NCBI GenBank assembly: GCA_023245355.1
Contig: JAHFKN010000007.1
Coordinates: 1 to 63,688, forward strand
Source of the DNA: Candidatus Gottesmanbacteria bacterium
GTDB taxonomy: Bacteria > Patescibacteriota > Microgenomatia > UBA10105 > UBA927
Reading direction: 5' to 3'
DNA: 63,688 nucleotides
Shown here: positions 25,758-34,204 of the stretch, piece by piece
How positions within the stretch are numbered: position 1 is the first letter of the stretch
Layout: every line of letters starts with the position of its first letter
Notes under the pieces: generated by a model
What the model was told of the DNA's origin: nothing
The model's database searches: none
Seen by the model: only the letters and a program-made list of their open reading frames with translations
Program-made: the position numbers and the translations under genes

Positions 25758-27779
25758 ATGGAGAAACCATCTCCGACATACGATATTGCTTCACGCTACG
25801 CGCACACCATGCGCGAAGATACGGAAAAAACCGACCGGTTCTACGACCGCATGGCGCTTCGCGGTATTGCGGTATTACGGGACAGCCGGGAGGAAGATCA
25901 GCCGGTTTGGCGCGGGGATCACAGTTATAATTCCGATGCAGCGACGTATTCCCTCATGCATTTTATAGAGCCGGAAGTTGCCCGTGAGCACCCCGACTGG
26001 ACACAAGTGCAGATTCATGCGGATGCAATCGACCGTTTTCAAAAGCGCCTCGCACAGGATTTATCGTATGAGCGCGGAGAAATTGCCCACGAAGAGTCAG
26101 TTGTCCGCTGGCGGCCGGTTGAAACAAAAAACGGGATTGAACTTGCTACCGAGTACGGAGATACGATGGTGACATTGCAGGAATTGTGGGAGCACACAAA
26201 AGAATACGCGGCATTTGCAGGAAACCCCGCGGCGTATAACAGTCAGGAGCATGAGGCCCAGCTCCGGATGCAGGAGACACTCATTAACGGAACATCACAC
26301 GGGTTTGTGAGTGTATTGTCTCATCCTGACGGCGTGCGATATGTACAGATCTGGCAAACGTCCGATGCAGGAGATGTCATATCGCAGCATGTGGATTTAT
26401 ATGCAGCCACGGGCCGGGATTTTACTCCGGAAGAAGCAAAAGATCTTATTTACCATCTGTCGGATTTTCACGCCAGCAATGCTGACGCTGAGAAACAACA
26501 GCACAAAAATTCCTATGCGCATTTTTTTTGGCGTGAGGGATCCGTGAATGCCGAGGACGTGCGGACGATCGCGATTGCGCAGTCAGTATACAGCAGTGAC
26601 CGGGTGTATGAGCGGGAGACGGTTTCGGTGTCGCGCCGGAGAAAGGATTCCGGGGTTGTCGTGAATGATATCGGAAACGGTATGCGGCAGGCAGGACGGT
26701 TTCTGGCAGTTGAGATAGAGGAAAAAATCCGCGCAATCGGGAGTATAGCCAGCAGGCCGGAGATAAAACGCAGTACCAAACCTGCAGCAGCTGCAGGGAA
26801 AGAAAAACGCAGTGTTCCCGTCAGGGTGCAGGTGCTTCCGGTGTCTGAAAAAAGCCGCGCGAATGAAACGCACAGCGAATCCGTATCATCGGCACATACC
26901 GGTAAAGAAGGGCTAAAATCCGCGATGGCTGAATGGTGGATTTCCAAAACAATGCTGGCATATGCCGGCCGGGTGCCGGCAGCGCCCAATGCCATACTGT
27001 ACTGGTTTACCCGGATTGCGGAAAGCAAAACGAACGTCCAAATCCCGGAAAAAATGTTTATGCCGGAGCCGCACGGTAAGCCCGGTGTTGCACCTGAACA
27101 CAAGGCGCTTTTGAAACGCCGTGAAGCAAAGAACGCTCCGGATGCCTGGAATGCGTTTATTGATAGGATTAAAAAATCGGTAGGATTGCGCGCACCGTTC
27201 CTGCGCCGGGAGCGTTTCCCCGAAAGAGCCAATAAAAAGGAGTATGGAAACGATGCAAAACGCTTTGTCGTCCCGAAACCGGGTGAGACACGCCCCGAAA
27301 TATCACTCATAGCCGTGTACTATGCGGCAGCAACCCTCTTATCCCGGTTTTTTACGCAGCCGGAGTTACCCCGCTCACCAAAGCTGCCCAAAGAGATCGT
27401 GCGCGTCAGAATCCGGCAGGAAGCTAAGGGTGAACCGGAGCGCGCGAGTGCCGTATCGTTAGGACGCCTTATGTTTGCCATCGTCGTGTGGTGGATGTAC
27501 GGCGTTTCACCGGAAGCAGTGCCGGCAAAAACAGTGTCAGGCGGCCGTGCGTCAAAAGAAACGAATAAGAAACCGGAAGAGACAGAAGAAACAAACCCGT
27601 CAGAGAACCCCGTGTGGATTCTGCTTTCCATTATCTGGCAGCTTGCCATGATCCGGGAATCGGCTTTGTCTGGGTCTCAGGTGCCGGCAGCAAATCAGCA
27701 AACGAGTAGCCGCCCCAAACGAAAACGGAAACATGCAGCATTGCCACAGCATGGCATCATATTCGCCTTTGCTTCATGA
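25758..27779 (+). CDS. Large hypothetical protein (673 aa)
   Basis: Long ORF with SD AGGAGG. Globular-looking N-terminal half, low-complexity basic middle, two or three hydrophobic C-terminal segments. No recognised motif. Confidence 0.75.
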   Translation: MEKPSPTYDIASRYAHTMREDTEKTDRFYDRMALRGIAVLRDSREEDQPVWRGDHSYNSDAATYSLMHFIEPEVAREHPDWTQVQIHADAIDRFQKRLAQDLSYERGEIAHEESVVRWRPVETKNGIELATEYGDTMVTLQELWEHTKEYAAFAGNPAAYNSQEHEAQLRMQETLINGTSHGFVSVLSHPDGVRYVQIWQTSDAGDVISQHVDLYAATGRDFTPEEAKDLIYHLSDFHASNADAEKQQHKNSYAHFFWREGSVNAEDVRTIAIAQSVYSSDRVYERETVSVSRRRKDSGVVVNDIGNGMRQAGRFLAVEIEEKIRAIGSIASRPEIKRSTKPAAAAGKEKRSVPVRVQVLPVSEKSRANETHSESVSSAHTGKEGLKSAMAEWWISKTMLAYAGRVPAAPNAILYWFTRIAESKTNVQIPEKMFMPEPHGKPGVAPEHKALLKRREAKNAPDAWNAFIDRIKKSVGLRAPFLRRERFPERANKKEYGNDAKRFVVPKPGETRPEISLIAVYYAAATLLSRFFTQPELPRSPKLPKEIVRVRIRQEAKGEPERASAVSLGRLMFAIVVWWMYGVSPEAVPAKTVSGGRASKETNKKPEETEETNPSENPVWILLSIIWQLAMIRESALSGSQVPAANQQTSSRPKRKRKHAALPQHGIIFAFAS

Positions 27780-27792
27780 TAGAATGAATTAT

Positions 27793-28239
27793 ATGGATAC
27801 CCTGCCTAGTACATCACCATCTCAAGGTGTTCCCAATACCCCGGGAAGCGGCTTTGTGCCGGTTGCAGGAAGCATGGCAAAAGAAGTAGCGCCCATTACA
27901 ACTACCACCGCAGAAATTCCTACGGTAACGGAAGCCGGAAAAGAAACAGAGCTTTCTCCCGAGGTTGTCAAAGCAGGAGTAAAAATGAGTGCCGATTCCG
28001 TTGTGCTCCCCAAAATTGTTCAGCAGATGGGTGTGCATGTGGTAGGACCTCAGGCGCCGGTATCAGCAGAAGCAGCTGCGATTTCGCTTCCTCTTTCCGA
28101 CGAACAGATCGCCAAGGGACTTCACCAGAGTATCCTGACGTCGTGGCGGTGGCTTTCCGAGTGGTGCAAACGACAGCTGCTGCAGGCGCATCTTACGATA
28201 AAATCCATGCATGGAAAAACAGTGCGGACGCACGAATAG
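27793..28239 (+). CDS. Hypothetical protein with conserved-looking C-terminal helix (SWRWLSEWCKRQL)
   Basis: ORF between the orphan gene and the VirD4-like ATPase. The start was chosen because TG-A-TAGAAT lies 7 nt before ATG 27793. Confidence 0.7.
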   Translation: MDTLPSTSPSQGVPNTPGSGFVPVAGSMAKEVAPITTTTAEIPTVTEAGKETELSPEVVKAGVKMSADSVVLPKIVQQMGVHVVGPQAPVSAEAAAISLPLSDEQIAKGLHQSILTSWRWLSEWCKRQLLQAHLTIKSMHGKTVRTHE

Positions 28240-28251
28240 CGTAGTACGATT

Positions 28252-30600
28252 ATGCCGATAGAATTTGCTGATATCACATATCAACTGGAAGTGCTGGGTG
28301 TGGCACTTATCATCCTGACGTTTTGTCTCATAGGCCTTGCGGTATTAGGATACGCGCTGTTTATTTTATGGAAATACCGGGACAGGGAAAAACGTTCCAT
28401 GGAATATACCCTGATCCAGGTTGCTACCCCCCGGGACAACGAAACCAAGATTGATGCTGCAGAACAGATGTTCGCCAGTCTTCATGCGATGCATCATGGC
28501 GGATTCTGGTCGTTTCTCAAGCCGCAGGACCATATATCGTTTGAAATTGTCGCAAAGCGGGAAGATATACGGTTTTACATCGCGGCCCCCAAACGCTTTA
28601 TCGATTTAATCGAAAAGCAAATTCACGGCTCATACCCGGGCGCGGATCTTAAGATCGTGGATGAATACAATATTTTCAGTGAAAACGGTAAAGTAGCATT
28701 CGCAGCTCTTACCCCGAAAAATTCCGATTATCTGCCGATCCGTATTTTCCGCGATCTTCCGATAGATCCGCTGTCGTCACTTACGTCCGTGTTGGCAAAA
28801 ATGTCGGAAGGGGAAGGAGCGGCAATCCAGATTCTCGTCCAGCCGGCAGGCAGCAAGTGGGCCGGTTTGGGCCGCTCATATATTTCCAGGACGAAAAAAA
28901 ATGAGGCAAATCCCGAAAAAGCGAGTTTTAAAGTCGATTCCAAAACACTCGAATCGATAGAACAGAAAGTTTCCAAACCCGGATTTAACACGGTCATCCG
29001 GCTCGTGGTAAATTCCACAAGCAAAGAAGCCGCGGACGCGCATTTGGAGAATCTTATCACGTCGTTTCATCAGTTTACGTCCGATCATAATTACTTTTCC
29101 AAAGTAAAACATCCGATGCGGAAGTTTTTCATGATCGATTTTATTTACCGGTATTTTCCGATGGTAAACCTGCCGTTTTTTAAACAATACGGGGTGTTAA
29201 ACAGTGATGAACTGGCGACCATTTACCATCTGCCGAATAAGTCCATAGAGACGCCGCACGTCTTTTGGCTCAATGCAAAACGCGCGCCCGCACCTATGCA
29301 GATTGCCTCCAGCGGACAGTTTATCGGTATATCCAGATACCGCGGCATGGACCGGCCGATTTATATCGGCGATGATGACCGGCGGCGGCATTTATACGTG
29401 ATCGGAAAAACCGGTACCGGAAAATCACAACTTCTGGAAGAGTTGGTAATCCAGGACATAAAGGCCGGAAAAGGACTTGCCGTTGTCGATCCGCACGGAG
29501 ATCTGATCGACGGAATTTTAAACAGGATACCACCTGAACGTGCTGAAGACGTGATTTATTTTGATCCGTCAGATACCGAACGGCCGATGGGTCTTAACAT
29601 GCTGGAAGCGGAAACCGAAGAACAAAAACATTTTGTCGTCACCAGCATCGTCGGACTTATGTACAAGCTGTACGACCCCCAGAAAACCGGTATTATCGGA
29701 CCCCGGTTTGAACATGCCGTCAGAAACGCCATGCTGACGGTTATGTCGGAGCCGGGCAGTACGTTTATCGAAGTGGTCCGTATTTTGACGGACAGTAATT
29801 TTGTTCAGGAGTTACTGCCGAAAGTGCAGGATCCCATCATCAGGAGATACTGGACGGATCAGATTGCGCAGACTGCGGATTTTCACAAATCGGAAGTACT
29901 GGATTATATCGTGTCTAAATTCGGCCGGTTCGTTACCAACAAGCTGATGCGTAACATCATCGGACAATCGCAGTCGAGTTTTAACTTCCGCAAAGTCATG
30001 GACGAAGGAAAAATTCTTCTGGTTAATTTGTCCAAAGGAAAACTGGGAGAAGAAAACAGTAATTTCTTGGGATTAATTCTGGTTCCGAGAATATTGATCG
30101 CCGCCATGAGCAGGCAGGATATACCGGAAGATAAACGGCGCGATTTTTATCTGTACGTCGATGAATTCCAGAATTTTGCGACTCCGGATTTTGCGCAGAT
30201 TCTTTCTGAAGCCCGGAAATATCGGCTGAGTCTTACTGTCGCCAACCAATTTATCGGACAGATGGAAGAAGAGGTGAAAAACGCGGTATTCGGAAACGTC
30301 GGAACGCTGATTACGTTCCGCGTGGGGGTAACCGATGCCAATTATCTGCAGCATGAATATCAGCCCACGTTTAATGAAATTGACCTTATCAATATCGATA
30401 AGTACAATGCGTATGTCAAAACGATCGTACACAACGAACCGGTGAAACCGTTCAGTATTGATTTATCCAAAGATATGAGTATCGTAAAGTCGGAACAGAA
30501 CAGGGAAGTTGCCAAAGCAATCATCCAATTATCCCGGCTCAAGTACGGTCAGGCCCGTGAATTGATAGAGGCGGAAATTCAGGAACGTGCTCGGTTATAA
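28252..30600 (+). CDS. VirD4/TraD/TrwB-like (HerA/FtsK superfamily) membrane-anchored ATPase
   Basis: N-terminal TM, DRRRHLYVIGKTGTGKS Walker A, DPHGD, LYVDEFQNF Walker B, EARKYRL-x3-ANQ, GNVGTLITFRVG. Confidence 0.9.
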   Translation: MPIEFADITYQLEVLGVALIILTFCLIGLAVLGYALFILWKYRDREKRSMEYTLIQVATPRDNETKIDAAEQMFASLHAMHHGGFWSFLKPQDHISFEIVAKREDIRFYIAAPKRFIDLIEKQIHGSYPGADLKIVDEYNIFSENGKVAFAALTPKNSDYLPIRIFRDLPIDPLSSLTSVLAKMSEGEGAAIQILVQPAGSKWAGLGRSYISRTKKNEANPEKASFKVDSKTLESIEQKVSKPGFNTVIRLVVNSTSKEAADAHLENLITSFHQFTSDHNYFSKVKHPMRKFFMIDFIYRYFPMVNLPFFKQYGVLNSDELATIYHLPNKSIETPHVFWLNAKRAPAPMQIASSGQFIGISRYRGMDRPIYIGDDDRRRHLYVIGKTGTGKSQLLEELVIQDIKAGKGLAVVDPHGDLIDGILNRIPPERAEDVIYFDPSDTERPMGLNMLEAETEEQKHFVVTSIVGLMYKLYDPQKTGIIGPRFEHAVRNAMLTVMSEPGSTFIEVVRILTDSNFVQELLPKVQDPIIRRYWTDQIAQTADFHKSEVLDYIVSKFGRFVTNKLMRNIIGQSQSSFNFRKVMDEGKILLVNLSKGKLGEENSNFLGLILVPRILIAAMSRQDIPEDKRRDFYLYVDEFQNFATPDFAQILSEARKYRLSLTVANQFIGQMEEEVKNAVFGNVGTLITFRVGVTDANYLQHEYQPTFNEIDLINIDKYNAYVKTIVHNEPVKPFSIDLSKDMSIVKSEQNREVAKAIIQLSRLKYGQARELIEAEIQERARL

Positions 30601-30679
30601 TCTTCCGGTAACTCCTCTCTTTACAACACAAAAAAAACATGTAATGCTCTGTAAATATTCTTTATAATTACTAGTCTCT

Positions 30680-32077
30680 ATGAGTGAACAGACAGCAGAA
30701 AGCGGCCCCGATAAAAAGCATAACGTCATCGTATACATATTTAACATGTCGGAGGATGTCTGGCCGTTTATTTCGGCCATGTCCGATCCCAACGCGAGAA
30801 GCGCAGAAATAGTGGAGAACGGATATTTGGGAGATGTGCGGCTGTTCCAGTTTGCCGGGGAAGACAGCGAGGTACTTTACATCACCCCGCAGGGAGTAAG
30901 CCAGGAGTTTTTACAGTATTATCAGTCGCTGTTCGGACAGAAAAAACTGACCGTGCTCACGACCGCCCAGCACAGCGGCGTTATCTGTGAAGATATTCTG
31001 CATGATCCCTCGATCATGAATGCGCTGGTTGAAGCGGCGAATTCCTCGAAAAAACTTACCGTAACAAGTTACGCCGTAAGCCAGCAATTTCTTCATCTTG
31101 TGCGTGCGCTCCGGGAAAAGGGATTAACCATCGCGACTCCCGAAGCGCCGGATGAGGAAGACGGGTGGACCGTCAATTTTTTCGGAAGCAAATCCGGCAT
31201 CCGGCAGTTGGCCCAGCAAAGCACGAACGAAGAACCGGATTTTAAGATGGCCGACGGTGTCATCTGTTTCGGTATTGAGGACGCGTCAAAAATTGCAGCA
31301 ATCCGGTATGTCAAAGAGCAGGGCGTCGTCATTAAAACAAACAAGGGTCATTCCGGAATGGGAGTCGAGATATTTGAGCCGGGTGATTTACCGGGTGAAT
31401 ACCACGCGTGCCAGGCCAAGATATATGCGCTGCTGGAAAAAGATGCCTATTGGCAGAAGTTTCCGATCATTATCGAAAAGCTCATCCAGGTCAGCAGTAC
31501 GATTGCCGGAGGGAATCCGAATGTGGAGTTTAAAATAAGCAGAAACGGGAGAATTGATTTCCTGTATCACTGCGGCGTACTGGTGACCAAGGACGGACAG
31601 TTTCACGGGATAGAAATCGGCAATGATATTATGCCGGAGCGGGTAGCGGCTCAGATCAAGGATACCGGGTTTTATATTGCCGAGCGGTTCGCCGCAGCCG
31701 GTTACCGGGGATATTTTGACGTGGATTACGTCGCAGGGAGAAACGGTGAAATTTATGTCGCGGAATCAAATGTCAGAAGTACCGGAGGAACATTCGTCTA
31801 TACGACTGCCGTTGCACTGTTCGGAGAAAATTTTATGTTTGATACGTATCTGTTTTCAAATAACGGATACATGATCACACACTTGAAACGCCAGACATTT
31901 GCGAGTATACGCGACAGACTGGCTCCTATTCTTTTTGATAAAAAGACGAAAGAAGGACTCATTATCACATCGGAAAATCTTCTGCGCATGCAGAAACTGT
32001 CGTTTATCATTTTTGCAAAAAATAAAAAGCGCTCCTATGAGATAGAAGCCCGCATGGAAGAACTTCTTCACACCTGA
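30680..32077 (+). CDS. ATP-grasp fold protein of unknown function
   Basis: VIKTNKGHSGMGV, IIEKLI, and GYRGYFDVDY...YVAESNVRSTG (E-x-N) motifs. Confidence 0.75.
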   Translation: MSEQTAESGPDKKHNVIVYIFNMSEDVWPFISAMSDPNARSAEIVENGYLGDVRLFQFAGEDSEVLYITPQGVSQEFLQYYQSLFGQKKLTVLTTAQHSGVICEDILHDPSIMNALVEAANSSKKLTVTSYAVSQQFLHLVRALREKGLTIATPEAPDEEDGWTVNFFGSKSGIRQLAQQSTNEEPDFKMADGVICFGIEDASKIAAIRYVKEQGVVIKTNKGHSGMGVEIFEPGDLPGEYHACQAKIYALLEKDAYWQKFPIIIEKLIQVSSTIAGGNPNVEFKISRNGRIDFLYHCGVLVTKDGQFHGIEIGNDIMPERVAAQIKDTGFYIAERFAAAGYRGYFDVDYVAGRNGEIYVAESNVRSTGGTFVYTTAVALFGENFMFDTYLFSNNGYMITHLKRQTFASIRDRLAPILFDKKTKEGLIITSENLLRMQKLSFIIFAKNKKRSYEIEARMEELLHT

Positions 32078-32128
32078 GTTTGGATTACCAAATTACCCTG
32101 TTTTGCAGTAAAATAAGCAGTATATTCC

Positions 32129-32200
32129 GGGGCCGTAGTTCATTGGTAGAACGCGATCCTTATAAGATCGATGCACTTGGTCCGATTCCAAGCGGCCCCA
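32129..32200 (+). tRNA. tRNA-Ile with anticodon UAU
   Basis: Cloverleaf: acceptor GGGGCCG/CGGCCCC, D stem GTTC/GAAC, anticodon stem CGATC/GATCG with loop CT-TAT-AA, T arm CTTGG-TCCGATT-CCAAG, discriminator A. CCA is not encoded. Confidence 0.92.
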
Positions 32201-32201
32201 C

Positions 32202-32738
32202 ATGGAATTAGTCGTATTGGTTGATGAGCATAATACTCCGATAGGAACAGCGGATAAAGATACCGTTCATACGACGGATACGCCGCTTCACCGGGCGTTT
32301 TCTTTATTTTTGTTCAACTCCCGTAACCAGATATTGCTCACCAAACGGGCAAACGCGAAAAAAACATTTCCCGGAGTCTGGACCAATACCGTATGCGGCC
32401 ATCTTGCACCTGAGGAAACGCCGGTAGAAGCAGCGACCAGACGGTTATCAGAAGAACTGCATATCCGCGGCGTAAAGATAGCTGACTTTTCGCCGTACCG
32501 GTATCGTTTTGCAGATAAAAACGGCATTGTAGAAAACGAAATTTGTCCTATCGTCATCGGATATTTTGACGGAGATCCCGTGCCTGATCCGAAAGAAGTA
32601 GACGATTGGAAATGGGTGATCTGGGAGGAATTTATACAGGATATCAGGACACATCCGTCTCCGTACTCCCCCTGGTGCAGGGAAGAGGCGGAAATCGTCA
32701 GGACGAAACTTCTACGGAAAGATCAGGAAACGCGTTGA
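32202..32738 (+). CDS. idi: Isopentenyl-diphosphate delta-isomerase, type 1
   Basis: LHRAFS, WTNTVCGH, RLSEEL, FSPYRYR, ENEICP, EVDDWKW, YSPW. Confidence 0.93.
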   Translation: MELVVLVDEHNTPIGTADKDTVHTTDTPLHRAFSLFLFNSRNQILLTKRANAKKTFPGVWTNTVCGHLAPEETPVEAATRRLSEELHIRGVKIADFSPYRYRFADKNGIVENEICPIVIGYFDGDPVPDPKEVDDWKWVIWEEFIQDIRTHPSPYSPWCREEAEIVRTKLLRKDQETR

Positions 32739-33771
32739 TGGTTTTCCAGTCCTGCGTGGCCCCGCGGAAGTATGCATAGGCACCGATATAGGCGGCATTA
32801 TCCGTGCATAATTCTATCCTAGGCACATGAACCGACGGGGGATGATCCAGTGTTTTGAGCCGGCTTTTGATTTTTTCCCGGAGACGCATGTTTGCCGATA
32901 CCCCTCCGGAAAGAAGAACGGACCGTGCTCCGAATGTTTCCGCCGCTCTGAGTGTTTTTTTTACCAACACATCGGTGATGGTTTCCTGAACCTCGTATGA
33001 TAATTCCGCAATGGAACGTGTGTTGAATCCGTTTGTATCCTTAAGCTTAGTGACTTCGCGGAGAATTGCGGTTTTGAGTCCGCTGAATGAGAAATCATAG
33101 AGATGATCTTTTCCGAGCATCGGCCGCGGTAATATATTGGTAAATTGCGATATACCTCCTGAGTGTGTTGCCGCCGCGTCCTGGATTGCCAGCCCGCCGC
33201 CGTGACCAAATCCCAGTAAACGCGCCGTTTTGTCGAAACATTCCCCGGCGGCATCATCGAGCGTGCCGCCTAACCAGGTGAGATTGCGTTCGGATTCCAT
33301 CCGGTATAGTTCCGTATGTCCGCCGCTGACTACAAGTGACACTGCCGGGAACCGGATTGCGGCAGACGTCTCCGCATCCGGTTTACCGGATATGAAGTTT
33401 GCATACATGTGAGCCAACACGTGATTGACGGGTATGATTGGTTTGTGGGTTACGAGCGCCAATGTTTTTGCCGTCTCGACGCCGATAAGAAGCGAACCGA
33501 TCAGTCCGGGGCCGACGGTAATGGCTATGGCGTCAATGTGCCGCAGGATGAGTTCCTGCATTGATCCGCTTCCGAGCGGCCGGAGCGCTTCGGTGATGAC
33601 AGGGAGCGCATATTCCAGCTGCATACGCGCAGCCACTTCAGGGACGATGCCGCCGTATGTTTCGTGCATTGTTTTGGATGTGGCTACCGTGCTGCTTACG
33701 ATATGTACGCCGTTATCTACCACAGCGGCTGCCGTTTCATCACAGGAAGTCTCTATCGCGAGTATGCGCAT
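32698..33771 (-). CDS. tsaD: tRNA N6-adenosine threonylcarbamoyltransferase TsaD
   Basis: ILAIETSCDETAAA, GGIVPEVAAR, VNHVLAH, VSGGHT, DDAAGECFDK, FSFSGLKT, GGVSAN, CTDNA. Confidence 0.96.
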   Translation of the reverse strand: MRILAIETSCDETAAAVVDNGVHIVSSTVATSKTMHETYGGIVPEVAARMQLEYALPVITEALRPLGSGSMQELILRHIDAIAITVGPGLIGSLLIGVETAKTLALVTHKPIIPVNHVLAHMYANFISGKPDAETSAAIRFPAVSLVVSGGHTELYRMESERNLTWLGGTLDDAAGECFDKTARLLGFGHGGGLAIQDAAATHSGGISQFTNILPRPMLGKDHLYDFSFSGLKTAILREVTKLKDTNGFNTRSIAELSYEVQETITDVLVKKTLRAAETFGARSVLLSGGVSANMRLREKIKSRLKTLDHPPSVHVPRIELCTDNAAYIGAYAYFRGATQDWKTINAFPDLSVEVSS

Positions 33772-33783
33772 GGTCCTCCTATT

Positions 33784-34200
33784 TTACTCGAGGTCCAGAA
33801 GTTTGGCGAGTTGAGAGGTGGAAGGGGTATGGACTTTGGGGATGATAACAATCTCTGCATTGATGCGTGCAGCATGGGCACGCTTTTTGGCTTCCATAGT
33901 GTCACCTTGCGTTATGGCTATCACAGTAGGATGTACGTCCGTCACAAGCGCCGCATACTCAGCGTCGGTTTTAAGAGGAAGAAGCGGGATGACTTCATCG
34001 ACAACCGAGAGGGATTCGAGCATGGCCCGGCGCTGCGCCTGGGTGTGGATAGGACGCGTGGTCCCTTTCATCCTGCGGACGTTTTCATCGGATTCGAGCG
34101 CCACAACTAAATGGTCGCCGAGTTTTTTGGCCTCGGTGAGAAATTGAATATGCCCGAAATGCAGTAAATCAAAGCAGCCGCCGACAAGTACTTTTTTCAT
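33784..34200 (-). CDS. Cytidylyltransferase-like nucleotidyltransferase (RibL FAD synthase / TagD-like)
   Basis: GGCFDLLHFGH (HxGH), LGDHLVV, RP...VDEV and STS motifs. Confidence 0.85.
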   Translation of the reverse strand: MKKVLVGGCFDLLHFGHIQFLTEAKKLGDHLVVALESDENVRRMKGTTRPIHTQAQRRAMLESLSVVDEVIPLLPLKTDAEYAALVTDVHPTVIAITQGDTMEAKKRAHAARINAEIVIIPKVHTPSTSQLAKLLDLE

Positions 34201-34204
34201 AGAT

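Noticed and set aside
26513-27310. 265-aa minus-strand ORF
   Set aside because: It is antisense to the 673-aa ORF, which has an SD and fits the operon direction; composition is uninformative.
28252-30600. Integrative conjugative element or prophage around the VirD4-like gene and tRNA-Ile
   Set aside because: There is no integrase, relaxase, VirB4 or phage gene, no duplicated tRNA 3' end, and the flanks are housekeeping genes.
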